From Squalus acanthias (Eukaryota): 64,000 bases of DNA. The stretch lies in assembly GCA_030390025.1 (NCBI GenBank), contig CM059432.1, positions 152,212,001 through 152,276,000 on the forward strand, in the 5' to 3' direction. This document shows positions 40,901 to 52,922 of the stretch, piece by piece. How positions within the stretch are numbered: position 1 is the stretch's first letter; every line of letters starts with the position of its first letter. Position numbers and translations under genes: made by a program. The notes beneath the pieces are model-generated. The model had not been told where the DNA came from. It worked only from the letters and a program-made list of their open reading frames with translations, and did not search any database.

Positions 40901-42168
40901 AGAGGGTGATGGTCTAAGGTTGTTTTTGTGACTGGAAGCCTGTGTCCAGTGGTGTACCGCAGGGATCGGTGCTGGGTCCTTTGCTGTTTGTAGTGTGACG
41001 TAATAAAGACTCACTACGCACTTGAACATAAAGCAAGGCTTTAATCAACTTGTAACAAAACATGGAGGTCTAGTTAGCAGTCACTAGCTTCCTGTTTCCA
41101 GATTGTCTCTGCCCAAGGTGGGCCCATGCCTGAGTATTTATACTCCCTGGACGGCGCCCCAGCTGGCCACCCAGTAGTACTTCCTGAGTTGTTACTTGCG
41201 ATTTATGACATAGTGTACATTAATGATTTAGATATGAATGTAGGAGGTATGATCAGTAAGTTCGTAGATGACACGAAAATTGGTGGAGTGGTAAATAGCG
41301 AGGAGGGAAGCCTCAGGATACAGGACGCTATAGATGGGTTGGTCAGATGGGCAGAACAGTGGCAAATGGAATTTAACCCTGAAAAGTGTGAGGTGATGCA
41401 TTTTGGGAGGACTAACAAGGCAAGGGAATACACAATGAATGGTAGGACCCTAGGAAGGACAGAGGATCAGAGGGACCTTGGTGTGCATGTACATAGATCC
41501 CTGAAGGCAGCAGGACAGGTAGATAAGGTGGTTAAGAAGGCATATGGGATACTTATATTCTATGCCTCGGCTAATGAAGGCAAGAGCAGGGAGGTTATGA
41601 TGGAGCTGTACAAAACGCTAGTTAGGCCACAGCTGGAATACTGTGTGCAGTTCTGGTCGCCACACTATAGCAGGGATGTGATTGCATTGGAGAGGGTGCA
41701 GAGGAGATTCACCAGGATGTTACCTGGGCTGGAGCGCTTCAGCTATGAAGAGAGACTGGACAGGCTGGGATTGTTTTCCTTAGAGCAGAGAAGGCTGAGG
41801 GGGGACCTGATTCAGGTGTACAAAATTATGAGGGGCATAGATAGGGTAGATGGAAAGGAACTTTTCTCCTTGTAGAGGGGTCAATAACCAGGGGGCATAG
41901 TTTCAAGGTAAGGGACAGGAGGTTTAGAGGGGATTTGAGGAAAAACTTTTTCACCCAGAGGGTGGTTGAGATCTGGAACTCACTGCCTGAAAGGGTGGTA
42001 GAGGCAGGAACCCTCAACATTCAAGAAGCATTTAGATGAGCACTTGAAACGCCATAGCATACAAGGCTACGGACCAAGTGCTGGAAAACAGGATTAGGAT
42101 AGGGCTTGATGGCCGGCGCAGACACGATGGGCCGAAGGGCCTCTTTCTGTGCTGTATAACTCTATGAA
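37940..42168 (+). mobile_element. Full-length CR1 LINE (5' UTR, ORF1 about 38102-39030, ORF2 about 39155-42060), degraded, carrying a solo LTR
   Basis: CTACSMW..CSKC, VVGDSIVRG and DGLH (SGNH esterase), ITETWL, GDFNFP, SDHN, KSPGPD, NYRPVSLTS, KFVDD; 3' hairpin and tail; short direct repeats in the 5' UTR. Confidence 0.93.
40996..41210 (-). mobile_element. Solo LTR (215 bp) related to the Gypsy LTR, inserted in CR1 ORF2
   Basis: TG...CA ends, 5-bp TSD TAGTG (40991-40995 and 41211-41215); CR1 RT sequence resumes across it; shares the terminal region, the GCTTTAATCAACT motif and a TATA-like motif with the 194-bp LTR. Confidence 0.88.
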
Positions 42169-43329
42169 TTTTCTATCATTGGCAGCTGTAATAGCTTCCC
42201 CTCAATAATGACCCTTGATTCAATAAATAATGCAGATAGGTCAGGAAAGCTGGAGTTCTCAAACCAAGGAATTGCAATCATTGTGCTGGCACCAATGACA
42301 AATAGCTTCAGCTTAGCACTAGAAGCTTTTCTGGTGCACAACTTAAGTGAGGAAACATTGCATACTTGGATAAATTCTTTTGAGAACTATGCTGTTAAAT
42401 GGAGGCTCCAAGCAGCACTAAGTCACATCTGATCCTCCATCTGAGACAAGAGGTCCTGTTTATAATGCATCATGATGGATTTAGAGATACTCGGAGCAGC
42501 CAGGGAGTTTGATGAAGTCAGAAGCACATTGTTAAGGTGACAGCTGAACAGAGGGTTTCAGTATTGACAACAGTGAGCTGCAGGATGTTTCAAGTTATCC
42601 ACGAATGGTGGTGGCCAGGGAGTTAGACAGAACAGCAATAGCCCTGCAGTCACTGGTAGTGATTGAGCGGCCGCGTTGGGCATTATCGGTGTATACGTGG
42701 GAGCTGACACTGAAGTAGTAGGATGGACAGGAACAACCAAGGAAGCAAGCCCTGGGCACATCAGAAGGGATACTGGTGGCATAGGAGAAAAAAAACAATT
42801 GAGGATATATATAGTGATTGTACAGGAACAGGTTGGAGTAGGTAAGTTTCCATTTGTAGTTTACTTACTCAAACTTAAATCCTAAAAACTCAGTACTTTC
42901 TAATGTTAAAATAGATCTCCAAACAGTCTATTCCTGGCTACTAACTTGCTGGTGTACCAAACTGATCTATAGTAGTATTACATTTTTATGCCCTGTAAAA
43001 GCAGAAACTTCTGCACTCCTGGTGTCAAAGCTTCCCTGGTAGGCGTACAGCTGTCTCATGAAATCCCCTGAAAGTATCCTTCACCCAGTCAAACAAAATG
43101 AAGTCCCTCTTGTCTTAGAAATGTTGGATGTGAGCCCTCAATTCTAGCAATTCCGACAATATTGAGAGAAGTACGGACACTGACTGCTGCTGGGGTGCAG
43201 GGTAGCACTTCGTTTCTGGACCCCTACTGCCACCCTGTCTAACCATTTTGAATTAGGGTGATTACTTTGCCCGTTCCCCACCCCCCTCCCCTCAACAGCT
43301 GAAATCAGTGTCAGTACCGCTCTCCATAT

Positions 43330-44597
43330 TGTCAGAAATTGTCAAAAATTGCCAGAAAAGCAGGACAAATCTAAACCTATCACCCAAGTCTCAATCACCA
43401 GCAAAGTGATGGAAGAAGTAGTCAACAAGCGGCACTTACTCACCAATAACCTGCTAACCGAAGCTCAGTTTGGGCTCTGCCAGGACCACACGGCTCCCGA
43501 CCTCATTACAGTCTTGTTCCAAACATGGCCATAAGAGCTGAATTCCAGATGTGAGGAGGGAGTGACTGCCCTCGATATCATGGCAGCATTAGACAGAATG
43601 TGGCACCAAGGAACCCTAATAAAACTGAAATCAATGGGGATCAGGAGGAAAATTCTCCACTGGTTGGAGTCATACCTAGCATAAAAGGAAGATGATTGTA
43701 GTTGTTGGAGGCCAATCATTTCAGCCCTAGGACATCGCTGCAGGAGTTCCTCAGGGCAGTGTCCTAGGCCCAACTTTCTTCAGCTGCTTCAGCAATGACC
43801 TTCCCTCCATCATAAGGTCAGAAATGGGGATGTTCGCTGATGATTGCAGTGTTCAGTTACATTCGCAACTCCTCAGATAATGAAGCAGTCCATGCCCGCA
43901 TGCAGCAGGGTTGGGCTGAAGAGTGGCAGTTAACATTCGTGCCACACAAGTGCCAGGCCATGACCATCTCCAATAAGAGGGAGCCTAACCACCTCCCCAT
44001 GACATACAATGGCATTATCAACGTCAACATCCTGGGGGGTCACCATTGACCACAAACTCAACTGGACCAGCCACATAAATGCCTTGGCTACTAGACCAGG
44101 TCAGAGGTTGTGTATTTTGTGGCAGGTGGCTCACCTCTTAGCTGCCCAAAGCCTCTCCACCACCTACAAGGCACAAATCAGGAGTATGATCGAATACTCT
44201 CCACTTGCTTGGATGGGTGCAGCTGCAACAACACAAGAAGCTCAACAGCATCCAGGACAAAGAATCCCGCTGGATTCCACCACCGGTGCACTATCTACAG
44301 GACAGTCGCCAAGGCTTCTTCGGCAGCACCTCCCAAACCCGCAACCTCCACCACTAGAAGGATAGGGGTAGCAGGTGCATGGGTACACCATCACCTCCAA
44401 GTTACGCACCATTCCGACTTGGAAATATATCGCAGTTCCTTCATCGTCGCTGGGTCAAAATCCTGGAATTCCCTACCTAACAGCATTGTGGGAGTACCTT
44501 CACCACACGGACTGCAGCGGATCAAGGCGCCAGACCTTCACCTTCTCTAGGGCAACAAATGTTAGCCTTGCCCATGTCCCAAGAATGAATAAAATAT
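43330..44597 (+). mobile_element. Second LINE family (AFDRVWH-type) 3' fragment
   Basis: Colinear with 4530-4719 plus 5858-6940; an extra inverted 3' end at about 44702-44775. Confidence 0.83.
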
Positions 44598-46553
44598 TCA
44601 CTCCTCTAAAAGTCTAGCTTCCTTCAAAGACTGATGTCTAACTGTGTAATTTCCACAACATCTATCTGTTGCATCAGAAAAGCATTTTTTTTCTTTTTTT
44701 TAATTCATTCCTGGGATGTGGGCGTTGCTGGCAAGGCCAGAATTTATTGCCCATCCCTAATTGCCCTTGAGAGGGTATCTAGTAATTTGACCTGCAGAAC
44801 CAACAGAAAGAGAGTCAAATCCTCAGCTATACACACCTATAAAGCAGAACTCCCTGAGCTGCACTCTAGCCACATCTCTAGGTTATTGGCAGCATATCTT
44901 TACAATAAATCAGCAGTCTTTTACAACTTAGTTGTCTCTTACAATATCTACATCAGAAAAAGGGTTAAGGTCACTGAGAACTACACAAGAACAACTGTAG
45001 CCCAACAGTTCAGTAGGGCCCAGCCCTCAGCTTAATTGAGCCCTGGCATACAGCTATGTTTTCCCAGTTATCTCAGCTTTTTGGGATATATTTGTCTATG
45101 ACTATCTGTGCTCTACCCTGTACAGATGATTTCCCCATATAGTATTTATTTCATAAGGAACACTAGCAAGGATTGCACAACAGCTGGGGTGTAGATGGCC
45201 TCTATGGTCATTGTAATGTAATGCAGTATACCTGGTAAAGCTGATTGGGAACAAAAGTAAATCTACTTAAATTCTCCCATATATTCCGAGTGCCTACCCA
45301 CATTTATGCTGGCAGAGAGAAACCTAGTGAAGTAGTATTCCAGGAAGGCCCAGCTAGGAGAATGGCTCATTGAAATGTAGAGATTGAAATGTTGTAGAGA
45401 TATCAGACAAATGAGATTTTCCCCATAGTTTTATCTCCAAAGGTTCAGTTTAATTGACTTGCCTTAGTCAACTTGCAATGAGACAATAGTCAAGTAATCT
45501 CTGTTGGGACAACCAAGGGACAGGCATGGTTTTGTCAACCACAACTGGCAGTGTCAGAATGCTTGCCCACATACATTTGGCTGCCCTGCCATGAGACTGT
45601 GGGAGGCCTACCATGAGAAGCTGAACCTTGTGTAGCTGAAGAGATAGAGTAGAAGCTTTCCTTCAGAATATTTGAGAGGCAGATCAGTGATGGTTAACTT
45701 GTTCCTCTGCTTGTTGGTAGTTGCCAGCAGCCAAGATTAATTTCTGGGGCTCCAATTGGAGTGTAATCTCAACCTCTAGCTTGGAGTTAACCAGTATAAA
45801 TATGATATTCAACAGTGGGCGGACTTCAGTGATGTTATCAGCAGTCACAAAGAGTACTTTAGTTGGGCAGTCTGAGAGATTGCATCAATCATGATGCTTC
45901 AATGACCTTAGTGACTGCACTGATGTTGATCAGCATAGAAGCAAGTACAGAAGCCCGAGGTGGAGGTTGCATGACCCCCTTCTCCTCCCTCGAGGAAATT
46001 CAAACAGATTTGAACAATTTTATTCCAGCATTATTAAATGTCTCTGAAGGGTCTGATTCAAACCTGGAGAAATCTGATCGGTACTGGTCACTGGGTGGGA
46101 CTTAAAACAATTTGAAACAGAGCGTCAGCACTGACCAAAGTTGATAATGAGTTCACCAGAACAATCAACGTAGAACATGAAAACAAGAAAATGCACGCTG
46201 GAAGCAGGCACTATTTTTCAACTTTGCAAGTCAATGATACCTTGATTTCTAACCGTTCACAAACTTTGTGAAAACAAACAATAAGAGGGCACAAATTAAT
46301 ATGAAAGAATTAAACTGACAAAATCACAGGAGAAAAGAAACTGAGGCAAACACTGAAAATTATACCAATACATAGGCAGAGGATAGGGGAAAGTACGTGG
46401 CTATTCTGGGCCCTGTTTGGCCCAGATTATTAAAATCGACAGTGCCTCATTCATGCCTTTCACTGTATGGCAGTGTATTATTTGTATGTGGCGTTTGAAT
46501 GGATGAGGAAGAATGTGATTTACTTTAAAAATTGGCAAATTAAAATTACCAAC

Positions 46554-46680
46554 CTGTGTGCACCCTCTCAAAAACATGGCCTTCAGACCACTACATCCTC
46601 CCACTAGAGCCTCTATCCCATCCTTGGTCACCTGATCACACCAGGAAATGTTTAAATGCTCAAGGTTTCGATTACCCTCA
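46554..46680 (-). CDS. FBXL2: FBXL2 internal coding exon (127 bp), LRR region: (S)EGNRNLEHLNISWCDQVTKDGIEALVGGCSGLKAMFLRGCTQ
   Basis: Polypyrimidine tract plus AG (tttttttgcctttcag|TGAG) and donor CAG|gttggt. Peptide matches FBXL2/FBXL20 leucine-rich repeats. Ends in phase 0, matching the next exon. Confidence 0.93.
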
Positions 46681-48309
46681 CTGAAAGGCAAAAAAAAAAT
46701 GCAGTTCAGTAAAGGTATAATTTAATTCATAAATTAAAAAAAAAATCAATAGAAACCTCAAACTTTACTAAACTAGGATAGTAATCCATACAAGATTTGT
46801 CTTAAAATACAATTTTTTTTAGTCCGTATTGTGAAGTTGGCAATACTTTAAGCAATCAACCCTTTTGAAGACTCTAGAAGCATTCCAGCATCATCAAAAT
46901 ACACTGTTGTGATATTACCCAAGTCATGGTATGACAAAAATAGGAATTTTTGTCATTGGTTTTATATGCTGCAAAATATTTAGGGTAAATCCGCATTAAA
47001 ATGCATCCACCAACTTCACCTCCAGGATATCTATACAAAATTTGTCAGCAAAGTTAATCAGTGGATGGCCATGACTGGCTGCAATACAACTAGCCCTGGT
47101 CGCGGTTTAGTTTAATTAACAGCATTTTGTTAATTTCAGTCACCTGTTAATGGAGTTCACCAAATGGTTACCTCGTCAACTCATTCAATGCGACATCTGA
47201 CCTAAATATAATTTTGCTGTTTTGTATCCATGTCTGTCTGCCCAAAATACAGCCCATAGTCGGCTTCGATGGGAAACTCCACAAGACTATTTTACATGAA
47301 CCCATCATGGTGAAATGTAGCACGTTAAAACCAATCTGGCTGAAAAGTGTGAACACCAATGAGAAACACAACTTGTAGATCATCATCCCACTATTTACTA
47401 AGATGTTAGTCTGCTCAAATTCTTATTATTCAAATAGGTGCTTCTATATTAAAGGAATCCAATGTATAAATATCTGATCTTACAGTCATTAATCAATTTC
47501 GATTCCACTTGCCATTACAAATGGAAGTTGGGTTGGATACAGCTCCATGTGCAGTGTGTATTTATGTACCAGAGACAGTGTTTCATCAAGAGAAAGAATT
47601 AGACTTATCTCTTAACAGTCAAACTAGGTAGTATACAATGTGGATTGCCGATTGTACTTTATGGTATTTTGCTCAAGTTTGTGCTTCTGTGTCTTATTTT
47701 ATTTGTAAATAAATTCAGAACAGTAATTCAGCCTGTATAATGCAGTGATATTGTCAACCAAATCAACAGAACAGGTCGTGGGCGTGACTTTCCTACATAT
47801 TTTCCAGTAAACAATTCACCACAATCAAGATTGTTAGGCTGGAGCTGTGCTAATTCAGTGTGCCAGAGAATAAAGGATACGGTTTGCTAATGGAAACTTG
47901 TTGAGACAGAAAAGGTTCAAACTGCAAGAGGGCACAAACCACTGAATATTTTTAAGTCAATTCCCATGGCCTGGGGAAACAGTGGAATTTGGCAAGGATG
48001 AGGGACTGTGACATTTTGCAAGTTTTAGCTCGTGAACAATGTCAAGGAGGAAATTGATGTTTGAGGTAATAACACAGTGTATTAGGGTTTTGGCAGCATT
48101 AGAGGTGTGGTGGGGAGGGGGGGGGTGTCAAATACATTTGAGATCACTACACAAAAGAGACCAGAGCAATTCTTCTTCTCCCAGATTTTCAAGACAAATC
48201 AAATCTGAAGACAGGTTAAATTCATTTCATATACAAAACTTAGGAAGTATTAAATCACTCCCTGTTTATAGCAATCAGACTAAAATTCAATTTATGATTA
48301 CATACAATT

Positions 48310-48612
48310 TCCAGCAGAGAAACAAGCCATTCGGTCCAACTGGTCTATGCTGGCGTTTATGCTCCACACAAGGTACTCCCACCCTACTTCATCTCACCCC
48401 ATCAGCATATCCTTCTATTCCCTTCTCCCTCACATACTTATCTAGCTGCCCCTTAAAGGCATTTATGCTAATCACCCCAACTACTCCATGTGGTAGCAAG
48501 TTCCATATTCTAACCACTCTCTGGGTAAAGATGTTTCTCCTGAATTCCCTATTGGATTTATTAGTGACTATCTTATATTTATGACCCCTAGTCTTGGACT
48601 CCCCCACAAATG
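48310..48612 (-). mobile_element. CR1 3' fragment, same subfamily as 20290-20975
   Basis: GESKTRGHKYKIVTNKSNREFRRN is shared with the ORF at 20650. Confidence 0.82.
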
Positions 48613-48789
48613 GTGATTAATGAATTAACTTCACATAACTTCATAAAGGCCTTAGACTTCAGTAAATTCAAATCAATTTTAATCTTCATACATTGGTGAG
48701 TTGTTTTTGAATCAGTTTACTGGCCAAGAGTAATTATGTAACAATCTTAATGCTGGTGTCTTTTCTCATCAGTTAATAGTAATCACATG

Positions 48790-48900
48790 TCCGTTCTGAC
48801 AAAAGGTCATCAACCTGAAACGTTAACTCGGTTTCTCTCTCCACAGATGCTGCCTGACCTGCAGAGTATTTACAGCATTTTCTGTTTTTATTTTGCTTTT
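48790..48900 (+). mobile_element. Penelope-like terminal repeat (type A) with a decayed hammerhead core
   Basis: ctgacaa-aaggtc-atc-aacct-gaaacgtta...ccacagatgctgcctgacctgc; flanked by an 11-bp duplication GTAATCACATG (48779-48789 and 48901-48911). Confidence 0.75.
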
Positions 48901-48965
48901 GTAATCACATGACCACTGTGATTGTTGTGTTTTATTGATGGGACTCTAGGTCAATGCCAGTAAAA

Positions 48966-49139
48966 TATGCCAGTCTCTGTGTATATATACTGTGTAATCG
49001 ATTCCCTCACTGTACCTGTACCTGAAGAAGGAGCGGAGCTCCAAAAGCTCGTAATTTTAAATAAAACTGTTGGACTATAACCTGGTGTTGTGCGACTTCT
49101 CATTTTTGTCCACCCCAGTCCAACACCGGCATCTCCGCA
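48966..49139 (+). mobile_element. Penelope-like terminal repeat (type B) with a decayed hammerhead core
   Basis: ctgaaga-a-ggagc-gga-gctcc-aaaagctc, AATAAA, ends ccggcatctccgcatc; flanked by a 15-bp duplication TCAATGCCAGTAAAA (48951-48965 and 49140-49154). Confidence 0.77.
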
Positions 49140-49977
49140 TCAATGCCAGTAAAAGTAGAGAAAGCAAGGACAGAGACTCAGCAAGTTGTACATTCATACA
49201 GTGATGGCAGCTGGATCCCTCCCAGCCTCAGGCTCTGCTTTAATACACTTGGGCAATGGTCTCTGTTTTTACCACTGCCTCTATTGCCCTTATTCTACCT
49301 CCTATGATAACTTTCCCCCAGTGTGAGCTTCCCTCCACCCCCGTGTGAGCTTTTCCACTTCTTCCCTGGCAGCACTCACTTCTTCCCAAGGATTCCACTG
49401 GCTTTTTCTGTGCCACGGTCTGACTGAGAGGAAGCCAATCTCTGCCGGACAGATGAGACACGTGATGGCACAAAGTTTATATGCAGCCTATGCAGCAGAG
49501 GCACAGTATATACAGGAACAAAATTAATTATTTTTGTATAGTCTTATTTATACCAAACTTGTGGCATAAAATAAATACCTGATAACGTATGGAATTCATT
49601 CCACTCATTAGTTTTACACAACCCATTAATGCTTACGGCCCTCAGTTAACTGGTCGCAACCACTCATGAAATCATTCAGTATTCAACACCATTAAGTATC
49701 TTCTAGGGTGGCTCTAAATCCTAGTCGTCTCTTCTTTCACTCCACTCATCATTAAAACCCAGCCCGTTCCCTCTTTCCTATTTCCCAGTACCCATTGTTC
49801 AGTCTTCTTGGATCTACATCCCAGTGCCATTTGAGCTATCCAAAAATTTTTTTGCCTCTTCCTGTTAGATTATCTACAGTAGTTTTTGTCCTCTTCAGTC
49901 TTTAAATGGTCATCCAAATTTAAGGGGAGGAGCACACTAGTAGATTGTTCTTTTAAGATTAAGTTATGACACACAAT

Positions 49978-50713
49978 GGGCCAGATTTTGCTGGAGCAGT
50001 GTATCTCGTGGTGAGCCCCATTAGTTAAACTTGATCGTGCACGTTTAGCTTTTAAAATTTTTTGCCCATAAAGTTGCTGGAAGTGTGAGCTGATAATGGT
50101 GCAATGAGGGCAACAGGGCTCCTGGGACCTTGGTGAACAACAGAACAAACAGTCGTTCTCCTTAACCAATTAGATTAAAGTACAGTATTGAGAAATAAAT
50201 AGAGGAAGGACTGAGAAGGAGGGTGAATTAGAGTGTGTATAAAGATGAATAAAGAGAGGGAAAGGAAGACTGGATTGAGAGGGAGGAAAAAAGAAACAAA
50301 AAGGAAAAGCAAGGAAAAACAAATAAAATTGGTCATTTTTAAAACCTCCTAAAACAATTCACAACCCGAAGGAATGAGACTACATTTATAATCGTTCACT
50401 TTCTGGACAAGAGAGGTTGATTGGCAGTCATCAACAATTATCACATTGTTAATTACTAGACTTAAACTTTGTGCCGCGTTTAATGGGAATTAATGTGCAA
50501 ATGCAGCAACTTCATGAAAATCATGGGGAGGTTAAGCGCACGAGATGCCGTTATCACAAAGCTAACAGTGGAGTGGTGCAAATCAGCCAAGAACTTGTAG
50601 CCATTCGCAATTCACAGGGTATCGCTTCCTCGCTACAAGTTGTTGGCCGATTTGCACATTAATAACTGCATGTGTCATTCAGATGCAGTTTTTTTTTAAG
50701 CAGAATCTGGCCC
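49978..50713. mobile_element. Non-autonomous Harbinger-like MITE (736 bp)
   Basis: TIRs GGGCCAGATTTTGCT / AGCAGAATCTGGCCC (14 of 15 match) with a 3-bp TSD AAT. Confidence 0.83.
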
Positions 50714-52665
50714 AATATTTAACACAGTCTGCTGTAAATGTAGCCATGGTCTGGAAATGTACCTCACTTCTTTTGACAGTAGATGGCAGAAAGGAGTCCA
50801 AGTTGGGGTATAGAGAAGTTAGATTCAAGTAAGCTCCAGGTTTCTGCCACTAACAGTTGTGGAGAAAGCTTTGTATCTGTAGGTTGAACTACACTCAAGG
50901 CAATGCCTAATTAGGTAGTCTAATATTTAGTCTAGTAATCTACCTCATTTGTTGAAGCTCTGCATAGAAATAAATTATGCAACAGTACATAACAAATAAA
51001 GCCAAAAAGTTCAACACCTTAATATTATGGCCAGTTTAGACAATAGGATGGCAAAATTATGAAACCAAGACATTAATACTTCACAAAAGCACACAAAAAA
51101 AGTCTTATAGGCAGTGTCAAGAGACTGCATGTTGGCTTAAATAGTACCAATAACATAAGCAGATCTGGTTAAGGAATTGGCTTAAGGACAAAACAGCGGG
51201 TTGTGGTAAATGGCTGTTTTTCAGACTGGAGGATGGTAGACAGTGGTGTTTCCCAAGGGTCAGTGCTGGGGCCACTGCTTTTTTTGATTTATATATATAT
51301 ATATATATATATATGACCTGGATATTGGAATAGAGAGTAGAATTTCTAAATTTGCCAGTAGTGGGGAAAATGCTAGAGTCCATTATAAAAGATGTAATAG
51401 CAGAGCACTTGGAAAACAGTGACAGGATCGGACAAAGTCAACATGGATTTACAAAAGGTAAATCATGCTTGACTAATCTACTGGAATTTTTTGAGGATGT
51501 AACTGGTAGAATAGATAAGGGAGAACCAGTGGATGTGGTGTATTTGGACTTTCAGAAGGCTTTCGATAAGGTCCCGCATAAGAGATTAGCGTGCAAAGTT
51601 AAAGCACATGGGATTGGGGGTAAGGTACTGACTTGGATAGAGAACTGGTTGGCAGACAGGAAGCAAAGAGTTGGAATAAACGGGTCTTTTTCCGAGTGGC
51701 AGGCAGTGACTAGTGGGGTACCGCAGGGATCGGTGCTAGGACCCCAGCTATTCACAATATATATATAAATGATCTAGACGAGGGAACTAGATGTAATATC
51801 TCCAAGTTTGCAGATGGCACAAAGGTGGGTGGGCGTGTGTGCGGTGAGGAGGATGCCAAGAAACTCCACTATGATTTGGACAGGTTGGGTGATTGGGCAG
51901 ATGAATGGCAAATGCAGTATAATGTGGATAAATGCGAGGTTATCCACTTCGGTGGCAAAAACAGGAAGACAGATTATCTGAACGGCAATAGATTGGGAAA
52001 AGGGGAAGTGCAACGAGACCTGGGTGTCCTTGTGCACCAGTCGCTGAAGGTAAGCATGCAGGTGCAGCAGGCGGTTAAAAGGCAAATGGTATGTTGGCCT
52101 TCATAGCGAGAGGATTCAGTACAGGAGCAAGGATGTCTTGCTGCAGTTGTACAGGGCCTTGGTGAGACCACACCTTGAGTATTGTGTGCAGTTTTGATCA
52201 TCTTATCTGAGGAAGGATGTTCTTGCCATGGAGAGAGTGCAGCGAAGATTCACCAGACTGATACCTGGGATGGCAGGAATGACGTATGAGGAGAGATTGG
52301 GTCGATTAGGCTTATATTCGCTAGAGTTTAGAAGAATGAGAGGAGATCTCATTGAAACTTATAAAATTCTAACAGGACTAGACAGACTAGATGCAGGAAG
52401 GATGTTCCCGATGGCAGGGGAGTCCAGAACCAGGGTCACAGTCTAAGGATAAGGGTAAGCTATTTAGGACTGAGATGAGGAGGAATTTCTTCACCAAGAG
52501 AGTGGTGAACCTGTGGAATTCTCTACCACACAAGGCAGTTGAGGCCAATTCATTAAATATATTCAAGAAGGAGTTAGATATATTTCTTAAGGCTAAAGGG
52601 ATCAAGGGATATGGGGAGAAAGCAGGGACAGGGTACTGAATTTGGATGATCAGCCATGATCCCAT

Positions 52666-52859
52666 TGTCGTAAGAATGAGCCTTACGCGTGGTGAACTTA
52701 AAGTAAGCTTTAATCAACTAAAAAGGTGCTACATACAAAAGAGGTCTTACTCTATGCCTCTCCAGGATCCAACTGATCAGCCCAGTATTTATCCTGGACT
52801 AATCACAGGAAGTGATGTAATAAAGTTCGAGTCACAGGAAGCTGTATTGTGTTACCACA
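52666..52859 (-). repeat. 3' LTR of the Gypsy element (194 bp)
   Basis: Identical to the 5' LTR; preceded on the sense strand by the PPT GGGGGGGGAGAA (52860-52871). Confidence 0.96.
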
Positions 52860-52922
52860 TTCTCCCCCCCCAAAAGATTAGGAGGCCGGGATGAAGTTCG
52901 AGTCACAGGAAGCTGTATTGTG

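Noticed and set aside
20112..46680. Assignment of the exons to FBXL20
   Set aside because: KHIQ, TALGLNC, CSHLTDAGF and EECIL favour FBXL2, although some residues are FBXL20-like; a phylogeny would settle it.
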